From positions 6,700 to 46,699 of the forward strand of contig CAYSWL010000006.1 in assembly GCA_964434745.1 (NCBI GenBank): 40,000 nucleotides of DNA, in the 5' to 3' direction. The position numbers were made by a program, and so were the translations under genes. Position 1 is the first letter of the stretch. The number at the start of each line of letters is the position of its first letter. The DNA is from an uncultured Candidatus Bathyarchaeia archaeon (lineage in GTDB: Archaea > Thermoproteota > Bathyarchaeia > Bathyarchaeales > Bathycorpusculaceae). Shown here in pieces: positions 1 to 9,631 of this stretch. The notes beneath the pieces were generated by a model that did not search any database, was not told the DNA's origin, and saw only the letters and a program-made list of their open reading frames with translations.

Positions 1-917
1 GCCGTGAATACCGAGGTAAAGTATCGCTCATTATCCAGCATGCAATAAATATACTAAGACCAAATTTTCCTAAGCGGGGTTTTTCTTCTGAAGAAATTCT
101 AAGAACACTACTTCAGACATTAGATGAAGAAAACTCGCATATGATTCTGTCTTTAGACGAATTTGACACAATAATTGAAACTGAAGGCTCAGATGCTGTT
201 TATAACCTAACTCGGCTTCAAGAAATGCGGCCAAATCTACCACAAAGAGTCTCAATTATAGGCATTATGCGGAATTTGAAGCCTATTGAACGCCTAGATG
301 CTAGCGCTAAGAGTACTTTGCAGCGAAATGTGCTACATCTTGAAAAATACTCAAAAGATCAAATGGTAGATATCCTCAATGAACGTGTTGCTATGGCTTT
401 TGAGCCGTCTACAGTTTCAGAGGATACAGTTAGTCTTACTGCTGATTTAGCTCGCAGTGAAAACGGACATGCAAGATTTGCCATTGAGCTACTTTGGAGA
501 GCTGGAAAATACGCTGATGCCGAAGACTTAGATGAGGTTACCCCTGAATGTGTGCGAAAGGCTATTTCGAGCATAGTTCCAATATTGCAAAAAAGCGAGT
601 TGACTAATTTAGGTATACAAGAACAACTATTCTTGTTAGCAGCATCAGAAGTTTTTCAGGAAAGCACAAAAGCTTATGTTACGCTTACTGATATTGAGCA
701 AGCCTATGCTGTAACTTGCGAAGAATTCAATATTGAACCTGTCAGTCACACACAACTCTGGAAGTATGTCCAATATCTTGATGCATTAGGAATATTAAAA
801 ACAGAGGTTTCAAACACTGGACAGCGTGGGCGCACAACACTTATTTCCTTACCTTCAGTTTCAGCACATGAATTAGCCAAAGAATTACGCAATATAATTG
901 AAAAAATCAGGAGATAA
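1..917 (+). CDS. cdc6: Orc1/Cdc6 replication initiation protein (AAA+ with C-terminal winged helix); 5' end lies upstream of the window
   Basis: The frame of ORF 141..917 is open back to base 3 with no stop. It shows an LDEFD Walker-B-like block, a lid/sensor region and a C-terminal wHTH (GQRGRTTLISL) typical of archaeal Orc1/Cdc6. Confidence 0.85.
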   Translation, partial: REYRGKVSLIIQHAINILRPNFPKRGFSSEEILRTLLQTLDEENSHMILSLDEFDTIIETEGSDAVYNLTRLQEMRPNLPQRVSIIGIMRNLKPIERLDASAKSTLQRNVLHLEKYSKDQMVDILNERVAMAFEPSTVSEDTVSLTADLARSENGHARFAIELLWRAGKYADAEDLDEVTPECVRKAISSIVPILQKSELTNLGIQEQLFLLAASEVFQESTKAYVTLTDIEQAYAVTCEEFNIEPVSHTQLWKYVQYLDALGILKTEVSNTGQRGRTTLISLPSVSAHELAKELRNIIEKIRR

Positions 918-922
918 AATAA

Positions 923-1192
923 ATGGACATTGAAGATATTTTTTCCTCCAAGCCAAGAATGAAAATTTTAAAACTAATCTGGAAACTAAGCGAACTAAAT
1001 GTTTCAGACGTTGCCCGTAGAGTTGGATTGAACTTTACTTCGACTAGCCGCCATCTACAATTACTCACTGAAGAAGGGATTTTACAGGAACGCACCTATG
1101 GGCGTATCCGTATGTACAGATTTAATACAGGCTCCTCGAAAGCCAAAGCAGTAGAAAACTTAATTGAAGTTTGGGAACAGACCAAAAAATAA
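923..1192 (+). CDS. small ArsR/SmtB-like winged-helix transcriptional regulator
   Basis: 89 aa. MKILKLIW..LNVSDVARRVGLNFTSTSRHLQLLTEEGIL matches the ArsR-type HTH recognition-helix pattern. It starts 6 nt after the cdc6 stop. Confidence 0.7.
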   Translation: MDIEDIFSSKPRMKILKLIWKLSELNVSDVARRVGLNFTSTSRHLQLLTEEGILQERTYGRIRMYRFNTGSSKAKAVENLIEVWEQTKK

Positions 1193-1242
1193 AATGTATT
1201 ACTCATTAAAAGACTAAAATCATTCATAAAAAATGAAAACAA

Positions 1243-1509
1243 TTAAGTGCAGTTATCTGCTGAGTCTTTAGGACCATCAATTATTGTCCGAATTATTCTT
1301 TTCAGTTCTTCTTCAAATTCAGGCATAAAAGTTATCCCTAAAGTTTGCTCGTAGTATACACACATAAACCTTAGTGCTGCGTATGCTTCTGGTATACTAT
1401 TTGTTTTTTTAACTAATACCGCGTTTACTTTTTGACTTATTCTAGCAAGTCTATCAAAGTCTATGTCAACTTCATCAACGGAACGATTTTTTTCAGACAA
1501 CACTATCAC
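1243..1509 (-). CDS. hypothetical small protein
   Basis: 88-aa ORF with no recognisable motif. It fills an otherwise empty gap and has plausible composition. Confidence 0.35.
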   Translation of the reverse strand: MIVLSEKNRSVDEVDIDFDRLARISQKVNAVLVKKTNSIPEAYAALRFMCVYYEQTLGITFMPEFEEELKRIIRTIIDGPKDSADNCT

Positions 1510-1551
1510 TTGAACTTGAATATGATAAACAAACTATTTTTCTTTTATGCT

Positions 1552-1656
1552 ACTGAAAAAACTACCAGAATTATTCAAAAAGGCGGGTACCCGAAAGATA
1601 CACCTGTCTCAGTTGTGTATAAGGCAACTTGGCCTGAACAGAAAATTATTTTATAA
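1552..1656 (+). pseudogene. C-terminal remnant of a CbiF/CobM-type precorrin (tetrapyrrole) methyltransferase
   Basis: The tail of ORF 1432..1656 reads TEKTTRIIQKGGYPKDTPVSVVYKATWPEQKIIL. This resembles the conserved C-terminal block GGxxxDTPVAVVxxATWPDEKI of corrin methylases. No N-terminal SAM-binding part is present. Confidence 0.45.
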
Positions 1657-1830
1657 CATTAACCTGAATATAACTACTTTTAATTTTGTAATAGAAGGTA
1701 AGGCAGATAGCCAAGGTTACAAGTTTTTATATAAAGAAGTGTTTTCTTATGCAATTAGCCTAATATAGTTAACATGAGAATATAGTATGTTGTCGGGATT
1801 CTTCAAGAGAGACAATTTGCGTGGCGTAAA

Positions 1831-2577
1831 TTGCTTTTTCAAGATCGATTCTGGCAGACCAAGAAAAAGAGGGGATTAGTATTGAAACAGAAAAAGACTA
1901 CTATAAACGAACAGCTTGCGACGCTTTCAGTAAGGTATGATGTTTATCCTGCTGAGCTCTTCAACGCGTTAGTTGCAGCGAAAGAATCAGAGAAATCAAC
2001 CGCTGGAGAACTTTCAGTCGAATACAGGGGAAGTATAAACAACGAAGCCATCTTCCTAATTAAGAAAAATGGAAGTATAGTTGTACAGTTCCGAGTTGAA
2101 GAAGAGCTGCTATCAAGAAAAGATATTCATTTTGATAATTGGATGAATACTGATAAAGTACGTAAACAGATTGCTAGGCAAACACCGTCCGAGTTGACAG
2201 TTTCATTAATTAAAGATTTACGAGTGGGCATGAGAAAAGTCAATGTAGACGCCCAAGTGTTAGAAGTACCAAAGCCACAAACAGTCTATACACAGTTTGG
2301 AAACCGTGCTTTGTTAAGCAATGCAATTATTTCAGATGAATCAGGAAAAATTAAGCTCTCTTTGTGGGATCAACAAATTAATACAATTAGTGTTGGAGAT
2401 AGCATACAAATAAGGAACGCTTCTGTTGCTGCATTTAAAGGTGAACCACAGTTACGTTTAGGAAAAACCGCCACGTTAAATGTTACTCAGAAAACACCAT
2501 CACCAAACTCCACTAAACCCCCTAAAAATGAAGATACAGATAAAACTAAATCCACAGATAAGATAGTGATGGCATAA
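1831..2577 (+). CDS. OB-fold nucleic-acid-binding protein (SSB/RPA-like) with a low-complexity C-terminal tail
   Basis: The C-terminal half (VNVDAQVLEV...ALLSNAIISDESGKIKLSLWDQQI...GDSIQIRNASVAAFKGEPQLRLGK) has the classic OB-fold anticodon-binding/SSB pattern. The start is uncertain: an in-frame TTG at 1882 preceded by GAGGGG is an alternative. Confidence 0.55.
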   Translation: MLFQDRFWQTKKKRGLVLKQKKTTINEQLATLSVRYDVYPAELFNALVAAKESEKSTAGELSVEYRGSINNEAIFLIKKNGSIVVQFRVEEELLSRKDIHFDNWMNTDKVRKQIARQTPSELTVSLIKDLRVGMRKVNVDAQVLEVPKPQTVYTQFGNRALLSNAIISDESGKIKLSLWDQQINTISVGDSIQIRNASVAAFKGEPQLRLGKTATLNVTQKTPSPNSTKPPKNEDTDKTKSTDKIVMA

Positions 2578-2609
2578 ATAGTTTAAGTTTTAATCAAGTA
2601 GAGAAGGTT

Positions 2610-3200
2610 TTAGGAAAGCAAAAAAAGGCCGACCTCGGCAAGCAGGTTGGGAAAAAGTTTTACTTGTTTATTATTTGTAATATAAACGGATTTTTCAATT
2701 TGGATATTTCTTTCTTGGCAGTATTTTTTAAAATCGGCTATGCTTAGAAAGTGAAGGTTTGGTGTGTTGTACCATTCATAAGGTAGGGAAGGAGTCACAG
2801 GAACTCTACCGTGGAAAAACATCTGGATTCGCGCAGGATAATATAAGAAGTTAGGAAAGCCCACTATTATTTTTTTACCTACACGTAATGATTCGCTGAG
2901 CACGTAATCAGGTTTTTTAACCTGCTGGAAAGTTTGGTTTAATATTACATAGTCAAAGCTATCATCTGAATAGTCTGCTAGCCCTGTATCGATATCTTCT
3001 TGAAAGACGTTTAAGCCAGCTGCAACGCAGCTATGGATTGCATCATCACTAATTTCTATGCCTTGTGCTCTAACCCGTTTTTCATTTATTAGTATAGAAA
3101 GTAGTTTACCATCACCACAGCCTAAGTCTAGTACAGATGCACCATTTTCAACCCAGCTAGTAATAATTTTATGCTCTATTTTTGTTGTATAGAGGTTCAT
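2610..3200 (-). CDS. metW: methionine biosynthesis protein MetW (methyltransferase fold)
   Basis: 196 aa with a VLDLGCGDG SAM-fold motif. It overlaps the upstream metX by 4 nt, the usual metX-metW arrangement. Confidence 0.8.
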   Translation of the reverse strand: MNLYTTKIEHKIITSWVENGASVLDLGCGDGKLLSILINEKRVRAQGIEISDDAIHSCVAAGLNVFQEDIDTGLADYSDDSFDYVILNQTFQQVKKPDYVLSESLRVGKKIIVGFPNFLYYPARIQMFFHGRVPVTPSLPYEWYNTPNLHFLSIADFKKYCQERNIQIEKSVYITNNKQVKLFPNLLAEVGLFLLS

Positions 3201-4357
3201 ATTGAGGTTTCACCAGTGTTATTATCGATGTGTATTCCGTTAGGGATGCCTTTTAGAAAATTTCTAATCAGTTGAGTTTCTTGTTCTACTTCCAATAGGA
3301 AAGCATCGTGTCCATAAGTACTGTTAATTTCACAGTAGCTTGCATCCACTCCAGCGAGTTTACAGGCTTTTACGATTTCTTGCGAGTGATATGTAGGGTA
3401 GAGCCAATCTGACTTGAAAGCGAGCACTAAAACTTTTGCTTTCAATCCTTTGAAAACGTTATTTAGGCCGTGCCCGTTTAGCAGATTGAATATATCAATA
3501 GCTTTTGTTATGTATAGATAGCTGTTGGCGTCAAAACGTTTGACAAAGCTGTCGCCTTTGTAGTGTAAGTAACCTTCTACTTCGAATTCAGCACTAAACT
3601 TGAAGCGTTCTTTTTCTTCTTTAGTACGTCTACCAAACTTATTTGCCATAGATATGTCGCTCATATATGTTATGTGTCCGATCATACGAGCAACTGCTAG
3701 ACCTTTTGCCGGAATCGAATGTCCATAGTAATTACCGTTTTTCCAGTCTGGATCAGCCATAACTGCTTGTCGCCCAACTTCGTTGAAAGCTATTTGTTGT
3801 GGAGTATGTTTCATTGTAGTTGCTATTGGGATTGCAGCGCATATGTGGTTTGGATAGCTAACCATCCATTGAAGAACTTGCATACCACCAATAGAACCAC
3901 CTATTACTGCTAGTAGCTTGCTTATGCCTATGTGATCTATCAGGTGCTTTTGTGCATTGACCATGTCGGCGATTGTTACTATAGGAAAATCTAGACCGTA
4001 AGGTGTACCAGTTTTAGGATTAATTGATGCAGGGCCTGTAGATCCTTTGCAACCGCCTATTATATTGCTGCATATAACGAAGTATTTGTTGGTGTCTATG
4101 CCTTTTCCAGGCCCGATAAGGTCATCCCACCAACCGCGGTCTTTGGTTTCCTTATGAATTCCCGCTGCATGTGCATCACCGCTAAATGCGTGAAGTATTA
4201 AAATCGCATTTGACTTTTTCATGTTTAGTTTGCCATATGTCTCATATGCAAGTGTTATTGGACCTATCTTTTCCCCTGATTCTAATATTAGCTCGTTTGG
4301 TGGGTGAGCAAACATATAGTATTTTGTCTCTACGTTTTCTATAGATTGGTTAGCCAC
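3197..4357 (-). CDS. metX: homoserine O-acetyltransferase
   Basis: 386-aa alpha/beta hydrolase with a GGSIGGMQ nucleophile elbow and a MetX-like N-terminus (ESGEKIGPITLAYETYGKLN). Confidence 0.88.
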   Translation of the reverse strand: MANQSIENVETKYYMFAHPPNELILESGEKIGPITLAYETYGKLNMKKSNAILILHAFSGDAHAAGIHKETKDRGWWDDLIGPGKGIDTNKYFVICSNIIGGCKGSTGPASINPKTGTPYGLDFPIVTIADMVNAQKHLIDHIGISKLLAVIGGSIGGMQVLQWMVSYPNHICAAIPIATTMKHTPQQIAFNEVGRQAVMADPDWKNGNYYGHSIPAKGLAVARMIGHITYMSDISMANKFGRRTKEEKERFKFSAEFEVEGYLHYKGDSFVKRFDANSYLYITKAIDIFNLLNGHGLNNVFKGLKAKVLVLAFKSDWLYPTYHSQEIVKACKLAGVDASYCEINSTYGHDAFLLEVEQETQLIRNFLKGIPNGIHIDNNTGETSI

Positions 4358-4408
4358 TTTGTTAAATCTCCAAAAATTTTTAGGGCATTGTCTGATGGAG
4401 CAGCTATG

Positions 4409-5710
4409 CTATGTTACAGAGGCTTTGAGTGCTTGGTCAATGTCTTCAATAATGTCTTCTGGGTCTTCTATGCCTACAGATAGGCGAATGAAATCGTCAG
4501 TTACTCCTGTAGATTCTTGCTCTTGTTTTGTTAGCTGTTGGTGAGTTGTTGATGCAGGGTGTATAACTAAACTTTTTGCGTCTCCAATGTTAGCCAGATG
4601 TGAAAATAGTTTAACATTTTCAATGAATTTTTTACCTGCGTCTAAACCACCTTTGATGCCAAATCCTACTATACCACCATAGCCTTTTTTCAAATACTTT
4701 GAAGCTACATGGTAAGTAGGGGCGTCAGGTAAGCCAGGGTAGTTAACCCAGTTAACTAATGGATGTTGTTTAAGGAAAGTGGCAACTTTAAGGGCGTTTT
4801 CTGAATGCTTGTGCTGTCTTAGTGGGAGGGTCTCAAGCCCTTGGAGAAGCAGCCATGAGTTAAATGGACTTATCGTTAGGCCTAAATCGCGTAGTAACTG
4901 TACGCGAGCTTTGAAAATGAATGCAACATTACCTAAGCTAGGAATACTACCGAAAGTATCCCAGTATTTGATACCATGATAGCTAGGATCTGGGTCAGTG
5001 AACTCGGGGAATTTTCCTGTATTCCAAGCAAATTTGCCGCTATCAACAATAATACCGCCAAGACTAGTGCCATGCCCACCAATATATTTAGTTGCAGATG
5101 CAACAATTATATCAGCCCCATAATCAATGGGTCTAACTAGACCAGCGCCTACAGTGTTGTCAATAATTAAGGGTATACCCGCTTCATGAGCAATTTTTGA
5201 GAGACCCTCAAAGTCAGGGACATCAAGTTTAGGATTACCTATTGTTTCAGCATAAATAGCACGAGTTTTTGGTGTAATTGCTTTTTTGAATTCATTTGGT
5301 TTTTGCGAATCAACAAAAGTAACTTTGCGGCCGATTTTGGCGAATGTATAGTGTAATAGGCTATAGGTTCCACCGTAAAGGTTGTTGGCAGCAATAATTT
5401 CGTCTCCGAGTTGTGTAATTGTTAATAGTGCAAGTGTAATGGCAGCTTGTCCTGATGATGTTGCTAGCCCTCCAGACCCTCCTTCGATTGCAGCCATACG
5501 TTTTTCAAAAACATCTGTTGTGGGATTCATTAAACGTGTGTAAATATTACCTATTTCTTTTAGTGCAAAAAGGTTTGCTGCATGATTAGTGTTTTTAAAT
5601 ACATAAGATGCAGTTTGGTATATGGGAACGGCTCTAGCCCCAGTTGTTGGATCAGGTGTTTCTTGCCCGGCTTGGACTGCCACTGTGTCTATGTTGTTGT
5701 ATTTTGTCAT
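4409..5710 (-). CDS. metY: O-acetylhomoserine sulfhydrylase (PLP-dependent)
   Basis: 433 aa of the Cys/Met-metabolism PLP family, with the [13 protein letters not shown]-lysine block. It sits at the head of the metX-metW operon. Confidence 0.88.
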   Translation of the reverse strand: MTKYNNIDTVAVQAGQETPDPTTGARAVPIYQTASYVFKNTNHAANLFALKEIGNIYTRLMNPTTDVFEKRMAAIEGGSGGLATSSGQAAITLALLTITQLGDEIIAANNLYGGTYSLLHYTFAKIGRKVTFVDSQKPNEFKKAITPKTRAIYAETIGNPKLDVPDFEGLSKIAHEAGIPLIIDNTVGAGLVRPIDYGADIIVASATKYIGGHGTSLGGIIVDSGKFAWNTGKFPEFTDPDPSYHGIKYWDTFGSIPSLGNVAFIFKARVQLLRDLGLTISPFNSWLLLQGLETLPLRQHKHSENALKVATFLKQHPLVNWVNYPGLPDAPTYHVASKYLKKGYGGIVGFGIKGGLDAGKKFIENVKLFSHLANIGDAKSLVIHPASTTHQQLTKQEQESTGVTDDFIRLSVGIEDPEDIIEDIDQALKASVT

Positions 5711-5746
5711 TTTCTGATTGCTCCTTTATTGTTAAAACATAATTAA

Positions 5747-5759
5747 ATAACGGCGTTAT
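5747..5759. promoter_or_regulatory. 13-bp palindrome ATAAC-GGC-GTTAT in the divergent metY / HTH-CBS promoter region (candidate operator)
   Basis: A perfect dyad read directly from the sequence. The same ATAAC-N3-GTTAT dyad recurs upstream of cysK. Confidence 0.45.
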
Positions 5760-5820
5760 ATGGATTTTTGCTCGTTTTATTCCAAAAAGAATATCAACCA
5801 AACACACCTAACCTAAAATC

Positions 5821-6381
5821 ATGTTACCACATCTAGAAGACATTGGCAAAAAAAGAAGACAACTTGGACTAAAACAATCAGAACTAGCCAAAATGTCAGG
5901 TGTAAGCCAATCATTGATTGCAAAGTTGGAATGTGGAAAAATTGACTCATCATACACAAAAGTAAAAACTATTTTTGAAGTACTAGAACGCCTGGAAGCA
6001 AAATCTAAAATGCAAACTCAGACAGACAAATTGTTTAACAATGAAGTGATTGGTGTCCAGAAAGATGAACCTCTTTCAAAAGTAGTACAATTAATGAAAG
6101 AGCATGGCTACTCACAACTTCCAGTCTTTGAAGGTAAATTGTCTGTAGGTAGCATATCAGAGAAAACAATCCTACGCCAAATTCTTGCGGGCAAAAATCT
6201 CACGCAGTTATCAATATTGTCCACAAGCGAAATAATGGAAGAAGCATTTCCCCAAGTAAGCGATGATGCACCGACAACGACTATTTCGAGTTTACTGCAA
6301 ACCTATCCAGCAGTTCTCATATCGAAAAAAGGAAAAACAGTTGGCATAGTTACTAAAGCTGATTTACTGCGCATTATTTAA
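5821..6381 (+). CDS. transcriptional regulator with XRE-type HTH and a C-terminal CBS pair
   Basis: N-terminal LKQSELAKMSGVSQSLIAKLECGK HTH followed by two CBS-like repeats (HGYSQLPVFE...; AVLISKKGKTVGIVTKADLL). This matches the archaeal COG3620-type architecture. Confidence 0.8.
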   Translation: MLPHLEDIGKKRRQLGLKQSELAKMSGVSQSLIAKLECGKIDSSYTKVKTIFEVLERLEAKSKMQTQTDKLFNNEVIGVQKDEPLSKVVQLMKEHGYSQLPVFEGKLSVGSISEKTILRQILAGKNLTQLSILSTSEIMEEAFPQVSDDAPTTTISSLLQTYPAVLISKKGKTVGIVTKADLLRII

Positions 6382-6455
6382 CCCCCCAAAGTTAATTATT
6401 ATGCCCACATTAGTTAGTTATCAGTAACCACAAAGGTTTAATAACAAACACTCAT

Positions 6456-6468
6456 ATAACACTGTTAT
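6456..6468. promoter_or_regulatory. 13-bp palindrome ATAAC-ACT-GTTAT upstream of cysK (candidate operator)
   Basis: A perfect dyad 16 nt upstream of the cysK TTG start. It has the same half-sites and spacing as the site at 5747..5759. Confidence 0.45.
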
Positions 6469-6483
6469 ACACTGGTGAATTAA

Positions 6484-7425
6484 TTGACCCAGATTAACAA
6501 TAACATATTAGACACCATCGGAAAAACACCCCTTGTACGATTAAACCGGCTTACACAGGGTCTAAAAGCCACCATAGTTGTCAAACTAGAATCACGTAAT
6601 CCTGGTGGAAGTGTAAAAGACCGCATCGCACTAAGCATGATAAACCAGGCAGAAAAAACAAACCAACTAAAACCAAACAGCACCATAATAGAACCAACCA
6701 GCGGCAACACCGGCATAGGACTAGCCATAACAGCAGCAGTCAAAGGCTACAAACTAATACTAACAATGCCAGAAACAATGAGCACAGAAAGAAGAAACTT
6801 ACTCAAAGCGTATGGCGCAGAGTTAGTATTAACTCCGGGTCCAGAAGGCATGGGTGGAGCCATAAAAAAAGCAGAAGAAATAGCCGCAAATACACCTAAC
6901 TCATTCATACCCCAACAATTCAAAAATATCGCCAACCCAAAAATCCACAGAGAAACAACAGGCCCAGAAATATGGAACGAAACTGATGGTAAAGTCGATA
7001 TTCTAGTTGCAGGTGTAGGTACTGGTGGAACCATAACTGGTATAACCCAATACATTAAACCCTTAAAACCCACCTTCAAAGCAGTAGCAGTAGAACCTGC
7101 ATTTTCACCCGTTCTAAGCGGAGGCAAGAAAGGGACCCACAAAATTCAAGGCATTGGAGCAGGCTTTATACCAGATATTTTAAAACTAGACATAATTGAC
7201 CAAATAATACAAGTAACAGACCAAGATGCACTAAACACAGCTCGCCTACTAGCAAGAAAAGAAGGCATACTAGCAGGCATTTCCTCAGGAGCAGCAACAT
7301 GGGCAGCATTACAAGAAGCAAAAAAAGAAGAAAACAAAGACAAGCTCATAGTAACAATACTACCAGATACAGGTGAACGCTACCTAAGCACGTCACTATT
7401 TCAAGACCTACCACCGAACACGTAA
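6484..7425 (+). CDS. cysK: cysteine synthase A / O-acetylserine sulfhydrylase
   Basis: 313 aa with a TTG start. It carries NPGGSVKDR (PLP lysine), SGNTGIGLA and [10 protein letters not shown] loops. Confidence 0.88.
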   Translation: MTQINNNILDTIGKTPLVRLNRLTQGLKATIVVKLESRNPGGSVKDRIALSMINQAEKTNQLKPNSTIIEPTSGNTGIGLAITAAVKGYKLILTMPETMSTERRNLLKAYGAELVLTPGPEGMGGAIKKAEEIAANTPNSFIPQQFKNIANPKIHRETTGPEIWNETDGKVDILVAGVGTGGTITGITQYIKPLKPTFKAVAVEPAFSPVLSGGKKGTHKIQGIGAGFIPDILKLDIIDQIIQVTDQDALNTARLLARKEGILAGISSGAATWAALQEAKKEENKDKLIVTILPDTGERYLSTSLFQDLPPNT

Positions 7426-7936
7426 CTAAACAACAATACGACTTGTAAGCCAAAATTTAACAACCACATTTTTTGCATACAGTTAAAGTTAAAAAGTAAA
7501 TAAAATTTCAGATACCTAAGTAGTAATTTACATGAACCCTAAAATAATAAATCATAATTAATGAAGTCCCAAAAAATTATTATAGTTCAGGTCAGAACTG
7601 ATTAGATTCATTTTATTGCCCGCTTAAAAAGTGGATGCTTACAAGAACAATGCCTTCAAATAGTAAACTGAACACTTCAATCTAAATAACAGCGATATCA
7701 ACTATAATTACTTAAATCCCAAGCAAATAAAGCAAAATGGTGCACTTCAAAACTCATTGTTATAAAAACCATAAGCTAAACAAGCAAGGCATTAGTCTAT
7801 TAGAAAAAAGCTGAAAGTATAGGTGAACTTAATAAATTTGTAAATAAGAAATTGCTTTGTTGATTCATATTTGCTCTGTTAATAATACGTAATTATACCA
7901 CACTTCTTAAGTATAAGAGTGTTATATCCACTTTAG

Positions 7937-8269
7937 ATGCAAATGCCCATTACCTGCGAAAATGTAGCTCGTTATATTTTACCGACTTTCCGGTCATTCA
8001 TAGCGAAAGAACTAGTCTCTAAATATAAGCTCACCCAAAATGAAGCTGCAAAAAAATTGGGCACAACCCAAGCCGCAATTAGTCAATATAAAAATAGTAA
8101 ACGCGGTGTTAAAGGCCTTCCAGATTATGAAGAAATTGAACCATTAATCCAAAATGCCGCTTCAAAAATTGCAAAAAAAATGGTAAAAACTGAAGTTACA
8201 CCAAGTGAACTCAATGAAGCTATTTGCGAGTTGTGCAAAACTATACGCAAAAGTAAAAAATGTCCGTAA
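7937..8269 (+). CDS. small archaeal HTH transcriptional regulator (XRE-like, COG2522-like)
   Basis: 110 aa. LTQNEAAKKLGTTQAAISQYKNSKRG is an XRE-type HTH, and there is a C-terminal CxxC-like pair (CELCK). Confidence 0.55.
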   Translation: MQMPITCENVARYILPTFRSFIAKELVSKYKLTQNEAAKKLGTTQAAISQYKNSKRGVKGLPDYEEIEPLIQNAASKIAKKMVKTEVTPSELNEAICELCKTIRKSKKCP

Positions 8270-8278
8270 AAAAGAAAA

Positions 8279-9553
8279 TTAGGTTTTTGAGCTTAATTCA
8301 GTAATTAGCTCTTTTGCACGGTCCATTCGGATTTTCTTTTCTTTAATCATTGATTCGGCGACAGTGTCAACAATTGTTCCTGTTGCGCCAGCAGCAATAG
8401 CAATGTTTCGGGCATGAAGTGACATATGACCTCGTTGAATGCCTTCACTTGCTAAAGCTCTAAGAGCGCCTAGATTTTGTGCTAAACCTAAGGCTGCACA
8501 GATTTCTGCGAACTCATTAGCTGTTTTTACACCGAGAATTTTTAGTGCGATTTTTGCTATTGGATGAGTTCTTACTGCACCGCCAATTAGACCTACTGCC
8601 ATAGGTAATTCTATTGACCCGGATAAGTCACCGTTTTCGGTGACTTCCCATTTAGAAAGCGAGGTATATTGGCCGTTTCTTGCAGCGTATGCATGTGCTC
8701 CTGCTTCAATGGCACGATGATCATTACCTGTAGCTACTATTGAAGCTATTATTCCGTTCAATATACCTTTGTTATGAGTTGCCGCACGATAGGGGTCCGC
8801 TTCAGCAAAGGCAGAAGCATTTGCTATGCCGTCAACTGCATCTTCTCCACCTACAGCATCCTTAGGAACAATGCAGCGGGCTCGTGCTAGACGTTGGGTA
8901 GCTAAGTTAGTAAGTATGCGTAGATACACTTTTCCACCGGTAACATTTGCAATAGTCGGAGAGATTGATTCAGTCATTGTATTTACTGCATTTGCACCCA
9001 TTGCATCGCGGCAATCAACATGTAACTCCACAATAAGCATATCTCCTCGTGGAGTATGTATTACTCTGCCATCGATATCTTTTGCACCGCCACCATGAGA
9101 TACAAGAATTGAATCCTGCTCGTTGGCTTTTTTAAGTAACTCTTCTTTAGCCTCTAAAACTCGAAGTCTAGCAGCATAAGGATCTTTCATACCCATTATT
9201 TGTATTTGACCAATCATCACAGGTGTTGTACTACTAGTAAAAAAGCCTCCGCCATCACGCACCATCTTAGCGGCATAACTTGCAGCAGCAATAACTGAAG
9301 GCTCTTCAGTAGCCATAGGAACCAAGTAATCTTTACCATTAATTAAAAAATTTACACCTACACCCATTGGTATAGGAAAAGTGCCAATTACATTTTCAAC
9401 CATTCCATCAGCAACGTTTAGAGGTAAAGAACCTGTGTTCAGAAGTATACTGCATTCTTCTTCTGTTAAACCTGCAAAGTCCTTGACCAAAGCTAAACGG
9501 TCTTTAGGACCAAGCTTGTAAAATCCTGAAATTGCGGAAGACTTATTTGTCAT
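8279..9553 (-). CDS. hmgA: 3-hydroxy-3-methylglutaryl-CoA reductase, class II type
   Basis: 424 aa with ENVIGTFPIPMGVGVN, PMATEEPSVIAAAS and CRDAMGANAVN blocks. The EEPSV-AAAS block is the class II signature; class I has TTEGCLVAS instead. Confidence 0.85.
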   Translation of the reverse strand: MTNKSSAISGFYKLGPKDRLALVKDFAGLTEEECSILLNTGSLPLNVADGMVENVIGTFPIPMGVGVNFLINGKDYLVPMATEEPSVIAAASYAAKMVRDGGGFFTSSTTPVMIGQIQIMGMKDPYAARLRVLEAKEELLKKANEQDSILVSHGGGAKDIDGRVIHTPRGDMLIVELHVDCRDAMGANAVNTMTESISPTIANVTGGKVYLRILTNLATQRLARARCIVPKDAVGGEDAVDGIANASAFAEADPYRAATHNKGILNGIIASIVATGNDHRAIEAGAHAYAARNGQYTSLSKWEVTENGDLSGSIELPMAVGLIGGAVRTHPIAKIALKILGVKTANEFAEICAALGLAQNLGALRALASEGIQRGHMSLHARNIAIAAGATGTIVDTVAESMIKEKKIRMDRAKELITELSSKT

Positions 9554-9631
9554 GAGTTTGCACCAGACCGTAACAGTATAAGCATGTGCTTTTAAGTCTT
9601 AGGAAAATTTTACATTAACACGCATGATTTT

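Noticed and set aside
1432-1768. Overlapping 74- and 73-aa plus-strand ORFs as intact genes.
   Set aside because: Only the last ~35 codons of the first ORF resemble anything (a corrin methylase C-terminus). The rest is AT-rich filler, so I treated it as a gene relic rather than as functional genes.
6480-7349. Three consecutive minus-strand ORFs (87, 131 and 67 aa) antisense to cysK.
   Set aside because: They lie fully within a confidently identified gene. Their Pro/Ser/Ala-rich composition is typical of the antisense frame of a GC-skewed coding region.
8826-9098. 90-aa ORF antisense to the HMG-CoA reductase gene. Comparable embedded or antisense ORFs occur at 359..574, 907..1095, 3719..3913, 4359..4544, 4779..4979, 9744..10032, 12460..12795, 13456..13848, 14219..14584, 15693..15887, 16080..16301, 18244..18523, 18792..19076, 23250..23781, 23849..24034, 27519..27815, 29862..30158, 30387..30716, 31691..31876, 32612..32836, 33920..34114, 35293..35568, 36138..36368, 36425..36784 and 38839..39048.
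   Set aside because: All are nested in or antisense to longer ORFs that have clear family signatures or signal-peptide architecture, and none shows a recognisable motif of its own.
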